DNA of 64,000 nt from Myxococcota bacterium. GTDB lineage: Bacteria > Myxococcota_A > UBA796 > CAJQPC01. The position numbers and the translations under genes are program-made. Positions 25,992-35,498 of this stretch are shown piece after piece; position 1 is the first letter of the stretch; every line of letters begins with the position of its first letter. Below the pieces are notes generated by a model that saw only the letters and a program-made list of their open reading frames with translations, was not told the origin of the DNA and did not search any database. The stretch covers positions 1 to 64,000 of the forward strand of contig JAZAMN010000064.1 in the NCBI GenBank assembly GCA_036229005.1, written 5' to 3'.

Positions 25992-28132
25992 AGACCTCCC
26001 GCCTGGCCCTGCTGTTGGCCCTCTCCGGGGCGACCGCGTTGGCCTATGAGGTCCTGTGGATGCGCCGCTTCGCCCTGCTCTTTGGGGGTGGTGCGCTGGC
26101 GGTGACCCTGACCGTGGCGACCCTGTTCGGGGGCCTGGGACTGGGCGGTCTGCTGGGCGGTCGGCTGCGGGGGAGTCCGGCGCGCCGCTACGCGCAGCTC
26201 GAGGGCTTCGCGGCGCTGTGGGCCTTCTCGATGCCCTGGGCGTTGGAGGCCCTGACGCCCTGGGTGCGGGCCCACGCGGGACTCGGCGTGCAGGCGCTGG
26301 TGGTGGTGCTGCTGACGACCCCGCCGGCGCTGGCATTGGGGGCGACCCTGCCGGTGCTCGCGCGGGGGATCCAGGACCGGGGCAGCCTGGCGGGGCTCTA
26401 CGCGGCCAACACGCTGGGGGCGATGGCGGGGACGCTGGCCGTGCCGCACCTGCTGCTGCCGGTGTTGGGGGTGAGGGGATCGGAGCTCGCTGCGGTGCTC
26501 TGTGGCCTATCGATCGCCACCTTGGCCTCGCGCATCTCTCTGCCTGAGCCCGCAGACGAGGTCACCCTGGGCGCAATCCGCCCCCGAGCCGTGCTGGCCG
26601 CCGCGCTGACCGGCCTGTGCGCGATGGCCCTGGAGGTCGCCTGGACGCGCCTGGGGGGCGTGCTGTTGGGGCCGTCGATCTACGCCTTCGCGTGGGTGCT
26701 CGCTGCCTTCCTGGCGGGGGTCGCGCTCGGGGCCGCGCTCGCTCGCCGCTGGATGGGGCCGAACGTGCTGCCGGCGGCGGTCGGGGCCATGGGCGTGCTC
26801 GCGCTGGGGGGCGCGTTCGTCTACGGGCAGGCGCCGCTGCTGCTGGCGGCGCTGTACGACCGGGTGGGGGCGGGGGGCATGTGGTCGGTGGAGCTGCTGC
26901 TGGCCGCGCTGACCATGGCGGGGGCGCCGATCGCGAGCGGCCTGGCCTTCGGGGCGGCGCTGCGGGAGGCCTCCGGGGAGGGCGGCAGGGCCACCGCGGC
27001 GGTCTACGGCGCGAACACCCTGGCGGGGGTGGTGGGCTCGGCGGCGACGGGGCTCTGGCTGCTGCCGGCGCTGGGCATCCAGGGCGTCGTGGGGCTCTGC
27101 GCGGGCCTGCTGGGCCTAGGGGCGGTCGCGCTGGGGGGCAAGCGGGGCCTGCCCTGGGCGGCGGCGGTGCTGGGGCTCTGGTTCGCGCTGCCGGAATGGG
27201 ACGGCAAGCTCTACGCCGTCGGGGTCTACAACCGGGTCTCGGATCTGGGCGACCGCAGCGCCCGCGGGGTGCGCCAGTTCGCCGAGGAGGGGTGGGAGCT
27301 GGTCTCCTACGACGAGGGCCGCACCGGCTCGGTCGCGGTGGGCCGCAGCACGCGCACGGGCAACGTGTGGCTGTCCATCTCCGGCAAGGTGGACGCCTCC
27401 ACCGGCGACGACATGCCCACCCAGGAGCTCTCGGGGCTGCTGCCGGTGCGCATGGCGCGGGACCCGGAGCGTGTGCTGGTCGTGGGCCTGGCCAGCGGCG
27501 TCACGGCCGGGGCGGTGCTCGCGGAGCCTGGCGTGAAGGCGCTGACCGTCGTGGAGCTGGAGCCGCGGGTGGTGGACGCCTCCCACCACTTCGACCACGT
27601 CAACGGGCGGCCTCTGGAGGACCCGCGAACCACGCTGCGGGTCGAAGACGCGCGGGCCGTGCTGGCCGAGGACGGGCCCGACTTCCAGGTCATCATCTCC
27701 GAGCCCAGCAACCCCTGGATCACCGGCGTCTCCAACCTCTTCACCCTGGAGTACTGGACCCTGGGGCGCGCCCGGCTGGCCCCCGGCGGGGTCTTCTGTC
27801 AGTGGATCCAGCTCTACGGACTGGCCCCCACGGAGCTGGCCTCCATCGTCGCCAGCTTCACCGAGGTCTTCCCCCACACCTGGCTCTTCGAGCCCCTGGA
27901 GGGCGGCGATCTGCTGCTCATGGGCAGCGACGGGCAGGTGGATCTGGGCGGCCTCCCCATCGGCCCCAGCCTGGGCCCCGAGGGCGTGCGGGCGCTGGGT
28001 CGGGGCGCCCCTCTGAACACCGACGACCGGCCCCGGGTGGAGCTGGCCGCGCCGCGCTCGCTGCACCTGGCCACGGTGGGGCCCAACCAGGCGCGGATCC
28101 AGGCGCTGCAGCAGGAGCACGGCCTGCGCTGA
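25988..28132 (+). CDS. Membrane-fused spermidine-synthase-like (SAM-dependent) protein
   Basis: SGATALAYEVLW, LYAANTLGA, multi-TM region; VLVVGLASGVT, VELEPRV, DAR, IISEPSNPW..GVSNLFT. GTG 25988 overlaps the previous stop. Confidence 0.88.
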   Translation: MKTSRLALLLALSGATALAYEVLWMRRFALLFGGGALAVTLTVATLFGGLGLGGLLGGRLRGSPARRYAQLEGFAALWAFSMPWALEALTPWVRAHAGLGVQALVVVLLTTPPALALGATLPVLARGIQDRGSLAGLYAANTLGAMAGTLAVPHLLLPVLGVRGSELAAVLCGLSIATLASRISLPEPADEVTLGAIRPRAVLAAALTGLCAMALEVAWTRLGGVLLGPSIYAFAWVLAAFLAGVALGAALARRWMGPNVLPAAVGAMGVLALGGAFVYGQAPLLLAALYDRVGAGGMWSVELLLAALTMAGAPIASGLAFGAALREASGEGGRATAAVYGANTLAGVVGSAATGLWLLPALGIQGVVGLCAGLLGLGAVALGGKRGLPWAAAVLGLWFALPEWDGKLYAVGVYNRVSDLGDRSARGVRQFAEEGWELVSYDEGRTGSVAVGRSTRTGNVWLSISGKVDASTGDDMPTQELSGLLPVRMARDPERVLVVGLASGVTAGAVLAEPGVKALTVVELEPRVVDASHHFDHVNGRPLEDPRTTLRVEDARAVLAEDGPDFQVIISEPSNPWITGVSNLFTLEYWTLGRARLAPGGVFCQWIQLYGLAPTELASIVASFTEVFPHTWLFEPLEGGDLLLMGSDGQVDLGGLPIGPSLGPEGVRALGRGAPLNTDDRPRVELAAPRSLHLATVGPNQARIQALQQEHGLR

Positions 28133-28151
28133 GGCAGGCTATGGATCGGGC

Positions 28152-29006
28152 ATGAACTCCGCACAGCTCCGCGACGCCCTGGTCACCCGCCTGCAGAGTC
28201 TGCCGCGCCGCGCCCGCATGGCCCGGGGGCATCGGGTCCGGGTGGAGGAGGGGGAGCTGCTGTCCGACGCGGGGACCCCCACCGCCTGGCGCCTGCACCT
28301 TCCCCAGTGCGCCGGTCCGCTGCCGGCCGTCCTGCTGTGTCCGGGCACCAACGACGGCATGGACACCTTCCAGGGCTGGAGACAGCCTCTGAACGCCAGC
28401 GAGGTCACCGGGATGGGCTTCGCCGTGGCGACCTTCGACCCCGCGGGCCGCGGGGCCTCCTGGGGCGAGGAGGACTACGGCGGCCCCGAACACCAGGACC
28501 AGGTCCAGCGCGTGCTGGAGGCCCTGGCCACCCACCCCCAGGTCGACGCCACGCGGGTGCTGGTGGTGTCCATCAGCCTGGGCCTCTCCATGGCCGCCGG
28601 CGCGCTGATCGACCCGCCGGTCTCCGTGCGCGCCCTCATCGACTGGGAGGGCCCCTCGGACCGGGAGATCATCACCGCGGGCGGCACCCGGATGGCCCCC
28701 GCCCTGGGCCACAAGCTGGACGACGAGGCCTACTGGCGACCCCGCGAGGGCGTCCGGGCCCTGGACCGCCTGCGCTGTGGCTACTGGCGGCTGCAGGCTG
28801 AGCGGGACCACGCCCAGCCCGGCGAACTCCGGCACGCCGAGCGCATGATCCAGGCGGCCGAGGCCTCCTCCACGCTGCGCTGGTTCCGGCTCAATGGCCA
28901 CGAGCCGGGGGAGCTCCCGGAGCGGCCTCAGTGGGGGGCCAGCGGTCGCAGCGCCGCGAACAAGGCGCTGCTCCGGGCCATCAAGCAGGCGGCAGGCGTA
29001 GCTTGA
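28152..29006 (+). CDS. Alpha/beta hydrolase
   Basis: PAVLLCPG, FDPAGRGAS, VDATRVLVVSISLG nucleophile elbow (SxSxG), DHA. Confidence 0.7.
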   Translation: MNSAQLRDALVTRLQSLPRRARMARGHRVRVEEGELLSDAGTPTAWRLHLPQCAGPLPAVLLCPGTNDGMDTFQGWRQPLNASEVTGMGFAVATFDPAGRGASWGEEDYGGPEHQDQVQRVLEALATHPQVDATRVLVVSISLGLSMAAGALIDPPVSVRALIDWEGPSDREIITAGGTRMAPALGHKLDDEAYWRPREGVRALDRLRCGYWRLQAERDHAQPGELRHAERMIQAAEASSTLRWFRLNGHEPGELPERPQWGASGRSAANKALLRAIKQAAGVA

Positions 29007-30426
29007 ACACCGTGCCGTGTCCGGTGCGGCTCTCGCAGGTGATCACGCCCCCCAGGCGGGTCACGGTGGACTGCGCGGTCGCCAGGCCCAGGCCCGTGCT
29101 GTTGCCGCCCTTGGTGGAGTAGAAGGCGTCGAACATCCGGGCCCGCACGTTGGCTGGGATGCCCGGACCGGAGTCCTCGATCTCCAACAGAGCCTGGCCC
29201 TCGTCGCCCCGGATGCGGATCTGGATCAAGCCCTTCTCGCCCTTGGGGATGGCCTCCTCCGCGTTCTTGAGGAGGTTGAGGATGACCTGGGCCAGGTCCG
29301 CGGGGACGGCCAACACCTCCGGGGTGGGTTGGTAGTCGAGCTTCACGTCGGCTCTGCGGCGCAGCGAGGACGCCATCACCACCAGCGAGTTGTCCACCAG
29401 GTCCTGCAGCACCACCTTCTCGGGGTGGTGGTCGTCGCCGCGGGCGAAGGACCGCATGCTCTTGACGATGTTCCCGACCCGGTGGCAGCCCTCCTCGGCG
29501 TCCTCGACCACCCCGATCAGGTCCTGGATCTGGGCGCTCTCGCCGCTGGGATCCATGTCCCTGAGCTCCTGGGTCAGCACGTTGAGGTTGATCAGCACGA
29601 AGGTCAGGGGGTTGTTGATCTCGTGGGCCACGCCGCTGGACAGCAGACCGATCTGCGCCAGCCGGTCGGTCATCCGCAGGCGCTCCGCCATCTCCCGCCG
29701 CGCGGTCAGGTCGCGGAAGATGGTCACCCAGCCGATCCCGCCGTCGGGGCCGCGGACCGGACCGGTCACCGACTCGCTCAGGAAGCTGCGGCCGTCCACC
29801 ATGCGGTAGCGGCGCTCGTAGGGGGTGGGGGAGGACTGGGGCGAGAAGCGGATCGCGTCCTCCTGGAAGTCGGCCTTGGACTCGTAGAAGCGCTCGGAGC
29901 TCTGACCCACGATCTGGGACGGCTGCATGCCGGTCAGGCGGGTGAAGCCGGGGTTCACGCCCAGCACCCGCCGGCTCTCGTCGCAGATCACCACCGCATC
30001 GGGGATGCTGTCCACAATGGCCCGCAGCTCGGCTTCGGCCCTGTAGCGGTGGCGGCGCTCGGTGACGCGGGCCTCGTTGACGGCCAGCCGCACCTCCAGC
30101 TCCTGCATGGTGAAGGGCTTGGCCAGGTAGTCGTTGGCGCCGGCCCCCAGCACCTGGGCCAGGTCCCCCTCCTGGTCCCGGCCGGTGACCACCAGCAGCA
30201 CCACGCTGGGGTCGCGCTCGTGGACCATGCGGGTCAGGCTCAGGCCGTCCATGCCGGGCAGCATCCAGTCGACCACCATCAGGTCGAAGCGCTGCAGCTC
30301 CATCTGCTGCAGGGCGGCCTCGGCGCTGTCGACCGCCGTTACCTCGTGCTCCCGGCCGCGCAGGGCGGCCGCCAGAAGGGTCTGGATTGCGGGGTCATCC
30401 TCGATAACCAGGGTCTTCACGGACAT
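28981..30426 (-). CDS. Hybrid sensor kinase (REC-PAS-HisKA-HATPase)
   Basis: IEDD...VDWMLPGMDG...YLAKPF; PAS; GVAHEINNPL; NLLKNA, DSGPGI, FYSTK, GLGL. Confidence 0.93.
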   Translation of the reverse strand: MSVKTLVIEDDPAIQTLLAAALRGREHEVTAVDSAEAALQQMELQRFDLMVVDWMLPGMDGLSLTRMVHERDPSVVLLVVTGRDQEGDLAQVLGAGANDYLAKPFTMQELEVRLAVNEARVTERRHRYRAEAELRAIVDSIPDAVVICDESRRVLGVNPGFTRLTGMQPSQIVGQSSERFYESKADFQEDAIRFSPQSSPTPYERRYRMVDGRSFLSESVTGPVRGPDGGIGWVTIFRDLTARREMAERLRMTDRLAQIGLLSSGVAHEINNPLTFVLINLNVLTQELRDMDPSGESAQIQDLIGVVEDAEEGCHRVGNIVKSMRSFARGDDHHPEKVVLQDLVDNSLVVMASSLRRRADVKLDYQPTPEVLAVPADLAQVILNLLKNAEEAIPKGEKGLIQIRIRGDEGQALLEIEDSGPGIPANVRARMFDAFYSTKGGNSTGLGLATAQSTVTRLGGVITCESRTGHGTVFKLRLPPA

Positions 30427-30446
30427 GCGTTCCTCGGGTCTCCAGT

Positions 30447-31304
30447 CTACCGGATACGCGCCCGTTCAAGCCGCCGCCGCCGGGCCGCTCCGCCCACCGC
30501 CAGGATGCGCTGGTCCCGCTCCCAGCGGCTCCGCACTGCGGGGTCCACCCGCTCCCAGCTCAGCCCCCCAAAGGCCAGCACCGCCGCCGGCAACAGGGCC
30601 CCGAGCGCCCGGTGCAGGGCCTTGGAGTCGGCCTCCATGCGCGTCGCCTCCAGCAGGGCCAGCACGCTGGGCAGCAGCCCCTCCAGCTCGCTCTCCGGCA
30701 GCGCGTACTCCCGGCAGATCCGGACCAGGTGTCCGCTCAGCGCCAGCACCACGTAGAGGTCCTCCAGCGTTCGGAAGGGCCGCACGTAGTCGCCCCAACC
30801 GTCGCCCGGCAGAGGGGGAGGCGCCGGGGTGTCCAAGGTCAGAGCGCAGTGAGGGAGCTCGGGGAGGATCGGCGAGTGTCCCGGCGCAAACTCCATTCCG
30901 GCGCTCCCGGAGGCCACGGGGAAGAGCCGCAGGTCCACCCGCGGGCCCTCGCTGGGCACTTGGCCGAGCACGTAGAGCGTGTCCGCCCGTTCTCCCAGCA
31001 ATACAAAGCGCTTGGCCCCCCGCAGCCGGCCCTCCGCCGCCGTCGTCTCGATGGCCCGCGGGTGGTTGCCGCCCGCCTCGGTCACGCAGAGCGCGCCGAA
31101 GCCCTGGTGTCCGGGGATCAAGCGCCGCAGCGCCGCCTGGTAGCCCGCGCCGAAAGCCCACGCCGGGTGCGAGCTGTGCAGGCCCCCCAGCAAGGCCGCC
31201 GCGGCGGGGTCTTCGGGCAGCTCCGCGAAGCGCCGCGCGAAGGTGTCCAGGTCAGCGGTGGGCCCCAGGGGCGCAGCGGTCAGGAGGGTGTCGATCAGGT
31301 GCAT
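30447..31304 (-). CDS. Truncated acyl-CoA dehydrogenase-like protein
   Basis: FGAGYQAAL, ALCVTE, LRGAKRFV, PFRTLED. Confidence 0.7.
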   Translation of the reverse strand: MHLIDTLLTAAPLGPTADLDTFARRFAELPEDPAAAALLGGLHSSHPAWAFGAGYQAALRRLIPGHQGFGALCVTEAGGNHPRAIETTAAEGRLRGAKRFVLLGERADTLYVLGQVPSEGPRVDLRLFPVASGSAGMEFAPGHSPILPELPHCALTLDTPAPPPLPGDGWGDYVRPFRTLEDLYVVLALSGHLVRICREYALPESELEGLLPSVLALLEATRMEADSKALHRALGALLPAAVLAFGGLSWERVDPAVRSRWERDQRILAVGGAARRRRLERARIR

Positions 31305-31324
31305 GGTGCATATTTAGCCTCTCC

Positions 31325-32548
31325 GTGACCACTGACCGCCAGCGCCTCTGGGAGGCGGCCCAGGCCGCCCTGGGCCCCGCCTCCACCCACGTCGAGTTCC
31401 TGGCCGCCCAGGCCGCCGCCCGCGGGCACGGCGCCTGGCTCGTGGGCGGCGGGGTGCGCGACCTGCTCCTGGGCCTCCTCGTGCAGGACGTGGACCTCTG
31501 CTTCGACACCGACGTGCTCCAGTGGCTGCCGGAGCTCAGCGACCAGCCCGGCGAGCTGCGCAGCCACGCCGCCTTCCACACCGCCACCTGGCTCACCCGC
31601 GGCCTGCACATCGACCTGATCTCCACCCGCGCCGAGTCCTACCCACAGCCCGCCTCCCTCCCCGTGGTCCGGCTCTCCGGCCTGGACGACGACCTGCGCC
31701 GCCGCGACTTCACCCTCAACGCCTTGGCCCTGGCCCTGGTCCCCGACCAGCGCGGCCAGCTCGTCGACCCCACCGGCGGCGCCCGGGATCTGGAGGATCG
31801 CGTCCTGCGCATCCTCCACCCCGACAGCTTCATCGACGATCCCACCCGAGCGCTGCGCGGCGCCCGCTACGCCGCCCGCCTGGACCTGCGCCTCAGCCCC
31901 GACACCGCCGAGGCCCTCCGGCGCGCCCTGCCCACCTTCCAGCGCATCGGCCTCGAGCGCCTGGGCACCGAGCTGCACCGTGTCCTCCAGGAGCCCCGCG
32001 CCGAGCGCGCCCTCGAGCTGCTCGACCAGTGGGGGGTGCTCGACGCCATCCACCCCGAGCTCTCCGATGTCGCCGTCAAGGTCGGGGAGGGGAGGCAGCG
32101 CGTGGCCACCCTGGGCTTGCAGGCCCACCTCCCCACATCTCTGTGGCTCTCACTCGCCGCCCACCTCTCCCCCCCAGCGAGGTCATGCTTGCGCGGACTG
32201 GTCCGACCATTCCGGCGCCTCCCGGGCCTCTGGGAGCACCCCGCCGTCGACGCCGCTCCGCTGGGCGCCGGGCGGGCTCAGTGGGGCCTCGCCTGCGCCC
32301 GGATCCCGCCGGAGCTCTGGCACCTTCAGCAGCCCGAGGCGGTGGACTGGTGGGTGCGCGAGGGCCGTCTGATCTCCTCCCTCCCGGCCAAGCGCCTGAT
32401 GGAGGCCGGCGTGCCCCGCGGACCGGAGCTGGGGGCGGCGCTCAGAGCCGCGCAGGCCTGCGCTTGGGAGGGGGGATCGGAGGCGGAGCAGCTCGCGGCG
32501 GCGTTGGGGACTCTGGGGGCTCAGGTATCGGGTATCAGGTCTCAGTAG
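31325..32548 (+). CDS. Class II tRNA nucleotidyltransferase (CCA- or A-adding type)
   Basis: LVGGGVRDLLLG..DVDL, RAESYPQPASLP loop, DLRRRDFTLNAL, SFIDDPTRALR, ERLGTEL. The last codons run into the adjacent repeat. Confidence 0.88.
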   Translation: MTTDRQRLWEAAQAALGPASTHVEFLAAQAAARGHGAWLVGGGVRDLLLGLLVQDVDLCFDTDVLQWLPELSDQPGELRSHAAFHTATWLTRGLHIDLISTRAESYPQPASLPVVRLSGLDDDLRRRDFTLNALALALVPDQRGQLVDPTGGARDLEDRVLRILHPDSFIDDPTRALRGARYAARLDLRLSPDTAEALRRALPTFQRIGLERLGTELHRVLQEPRAERALELLDQWGVLDAIHPELSDVAVKVGEGRQRVATLGLQAHLPTSLWLSLAAHLSPPARSCLRGLVRPFRRLPGLWEHPAVDAAPLGAGRAQWGLACARIPPELWHLQQPEAVDWWVREGRLISSLPAKRLMEAGVPRGPELGAALRAAQACAWEGGSEAEQLAAALGTLGAQVSGIRSQ

Positions 32549-33500
32549 TCAGTTAGGAACACCGTTTCTTGTCCGTCTCGGCGACCGGCGACCGGCGACC
32601 GGGGACCGGCATGACGTCGAGGCTCTCCTGGGTCCAGGTTGCATCTGGCGCGCCAAGAACCGTGGCCCGCACGCAGTGCCGGGCCCTCCCCGCGGCGTCC
32701 CCCAAGTCGGCTGCCACCAACACCCGAGCCCGGCACCACGCCATCGCCGGTCGCCAGTCGCCGGTAGCCGGTCGCCGCGTTGGGGGTCTCAGTAGTCAGG
32801 CAGGAGCGCCGGTTTCTGTCCGTCTCGCCGACCGGCGACCGGCGACCGGGGACCGGCATGACGCCGGGGCTTTCATGGGGCTGGGGTGCCGCTGGCGGGC
32901 GATGATTCGTGGGCCGGGCGCGGTGCCGGGCCTTCCCCGGGGCGTCCCCCAAGTCGGCTGCCTTCAACACTTGGACCGGCAAGACGTCGAGGCTCTCGTG
33001 GGGCCGGGGTGCCGCTGGCGGGCGATGATTCGTGGGCCGGGCGCGGTGCCGGGCCTTCCCCGGGGCGTCCCCCAAGTCGGCTGCCTTCAACACTTGGACC
33101 CGGCACAACGTCATCGCCGGTCGGCAGTCGCCGGTAGCCGCGTTTGGGGTCTCAGGTATCGGGTATCGGTAGTCAGCCAGGAACACCGGCTTCCGCGTGT
33201 CTCGGCGACCGGCGACCGGCGACCGGGGACCGGCATGACGTCGAGGCTTTCGTGGGTCCAGGTCGCCTCTGGCGCGCCAAGAATCGTGCCCCGCACGCTG
33301 TGCCGGGCCTGGGTGTCGTTGGCGCGCCGAGAACCGTGGCCCGCACGCAGTGCCGGGCCCTCCCCGCGGCGTCCCCCCAAGTCGGCTGCCACCAACACCT
33401 GAACCCGGAACCACGCCATCGCCGGTCGCCAGTCGCCGGTAGCCGGTCGCCGCCACCCCCCAACCCGATACCCGATACCCGATACCCGATACCTGACACC
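32522..33500. repeat. Array of three MITE/REPIN-like units bounded by inverted (GGTATCG)n tracts
   Basis: Each unit (~32579-32777, ~32826-33140, ~33203-33452) starts CG[GC]CGACCGGCGACCGGCGACCGGGGACCGGCATGACG and ends with its imperfect reverse complement (CGCCATCGCCGGTCGCCAGTCGCCGGTAGCCG...). Same family as 23769-24440. Confidence 0.9.
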
Positions 33501-33502
33501 TG

Positions 33503-35464
33503 CTAAAGCGAGCACCCCGGCACCCGCTCGCTCTCCCCCGCCACCACATTCCGCGCCTGGATCAGCTCACGCTCCCAAAAGCAGAGCTCCTCCGCCCGGA
33601 GCAGGTAGCCGTACTTGTAGAGCGTCGGGTTCTCGCCCTCGCTCAGCAGCCGCTCGGGGTCGGGGTCGGCCAGGTCGCTGTGGCGCGCGTCGACGATGGC
33701 GCGGGCCTGGTCGATGCGGCCGCTGGCGTCCTCGATGGGGCCGAGATCCATGTCCAAGACCCCTTGGGCCACGTCGGCGGCGTGGTGGGCCCGCAAGCGA
33801 TCGATGGCCAGGCCCTCCTCGACCTCCCGGACATAGCGGGACTCGGTGAGCTCCAGGGTGGCGAGCTGGGCCTCCAGGTCCTCCAGCGCGCTGGCGTAGG
33901 CGCGGAGCTGTTGGATGTCGGCTTCGATCTGGGCGCGGGCGCCCTCATCCACGGCGGCGAAGTCCTTGTAGTGGATGCGCTCGGGCTGGCTGACGATGCC
34001 CAGGCCGTACCCGAGCTCCATGACGTTGTCGACGCCGGCGATCCAGACGGCCAGGCGCTTCTCGATGAGGTATTCGCGCTGCAGCTCGGTGGTGTCCACG
34101 ACCACCTGACCCAGGCCCGCGCCCAGGGGCTCGAACATCCACAGCACGGTGTCTGCGTAGCTGCCCGGCAGCTCCCAGTTGAAGCGCAGGGTGGCCAGGT
34201 CGTTCTGCCAGTAGCCCCACTCCCAGCCGCTGGAGAAGAGCACGTGGTCGTCGATGGAGACGCCAGTGCGGGCCAGCGCCTGGTCCATGTCGTGCCAGCG
34301 GCTGTGCATGTAGAGCGGGAAGTACTGGGGGACCGGGGTGTCGAAGGCGACCCAGTAGGCGGACTCGGGGAAGTAGCCGACGGGCTCGCCGTCCGTGAGC
34401 CGCTGCTCGAGCAGGGCGCGGTGCTGGTCGAAGTCCTGGTGGTGGTAGGCGCCGCCCGGGTCCTCGTAGAGGTTGTAGAACATCACCGTGTGCACCCAGG
34501 GCGTGATCTCGGGGTCGGCGTACTGGGCGAGCAGGTAGTACACCATCGTCTCGCCGTTGTACTCGACCTGGAGGTCGTCCCCGACGTGCAGCACGGTGGT
34601 CATCTCGGCGTCGGGGGCCTGCTCCTTCATGACCTGGTGGGCCAGGTCGATGGAGGCGATGAAGGCCTCGGGCGGGAAGTCGTTGAACTCGCCGAAGCTC
34701 AGGTTGTAGACGTCAAAGGGGGTCTCTCCGATGATCTTGGCCCACATCTGCTCCATCTGCGGGCGGTAGTCGGCGTCCTCGTCGTCCACCAGATCGAAGG
34801 CGAGCTGCAGGTTGGCGCCGGCAAAGAGCTGCACACCCAGGCTGGTGGTCATGCCGCGGCTGTGGGCGTAGTCGATGATCTCGCCGGTGCGCGCCTGCCA
34901 GTCGGCCAGGGCCTGGTCCGAGTCGTTGATGTCGTCCAGAGAGACCCACTGGATGTGGTTGCCGCGGTTCTTGACCACCCAGTCCATCACGCGCTGGGGC
35001 TCCTCGATGGGCTCGTCGGGCTCCCAGAAGTCGTAGAGGCCCTCGATGGGGTGGAGGGTGTGCATGTGGATGCCGCGGCGGCTCATCTCGGGGGCCTGCA
35101 GGTCCTCGCGCAGGGACTCCGGCCAGGCCAGCTCGGCGGGCACCCAGGTGTCGTAGGGGTTGTAGAAGCGGTAGCCCAGGGCCTCCAGCGCCGCGGCCGC
35201 CCCGTACTGGGCGCCCAGGGTGTCGCCGGCGTGCACGATGACGCGGTCGCCGTCGCGCTCGAGCTGGAAGCACTCGCTGCAGTCCTGATCCAGCACGACG
35301 CCGATGTGGAGGCCGCGCCCGCGGGTGGACGCGGGGTCCTCGGAGACCTCCCAGCTCAGGCGCTCGTCGCCCACGAAGCCGGCGAAGTCCGCCATCACCG
35401 GGTCCAGGTCCTGGGGACCGGACAGGGTGAGGGAAGGGGAGCAGGCCATCAGCCAGAGCAGCAC
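33503..35464 (-). CDS. Hypothetical lipoprotein, possible glycoside hydrolase-like TIM barrel
   Basis: GGAGG-N5-GTG start VLLWLMAC. ECFQL..VIVHAGDTLGAQYG resembles the GH20/GH67 N-terminal domain, followed by RRGIHMHTLHP and acidic/aromatic motifs. Confidence 0.65.
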   Translation of the reverse strand: MLLWLMACSPSLTLSGPQDLDPVMADFAGFVGDERLSWEVSEDPASTRGRGLHIGVVLDQDCSECFQLERDGDRVIVHAGDTLGAQYGAAAALEALGYRFYNPYDTWVPAELAWPESLREDLQAPEMSRRGIHMHTLHPIEGLYDFWEPDEPIEEPQRVMDWVVKNRGNHIQWVSLDDINDSDQALADWQARTGEIIDYAHSRGMTTSLGVQLFAGANLQLAFDLVDDEDADYRPQMEQMWAKIIGETPFDVYNLSFGEFNDFPPEAFIASIDLAHQVMKEQAPDAEMTTVLHVGDDLQVEYNGETMVYYLLAQYADPEITPWVHTVMFYNLYEDPGGAYHHQDFDQHRALLEQRLTDGEPVGYFPESAYWVAFDTPVPQYFPLYMHSRWHDMDQALARTGVSIDDHVLFSSGWEWGYWQNDLATLRFNWELPGSYADTVLWMFEPLGAGLGQVVVDTTELQREYLIEKRLAVWIAGVDNVMELGYGLGIVSQPERIHYKDFAAVDEGARAQIEADIQQLRAYASALEDLEAQLATLELTESRYVREVEEGLAIDRLRAHHAADVAQGVLDMDLGPIEDASGRIDQARAIVDARHSDLADPDPERLLSEGENPTLYKYGYLLRAEELCFWERELIQARNVVAGESERVPGCSL

Positions 35465-35498
35465 GGGAACCTCCGGAGGGAGGCCCACTCTACCGCGC

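Noticed and set aside
32522..33500. CRISPR array, or protein-coding ORFs such as 32542-33549 and 32569-33402
   Set aside because: Translations (YRVSGIG, RRPATGD) are just heptamer-repeat read-through, and inter-repeat segments are homologous to each other rather than unique.
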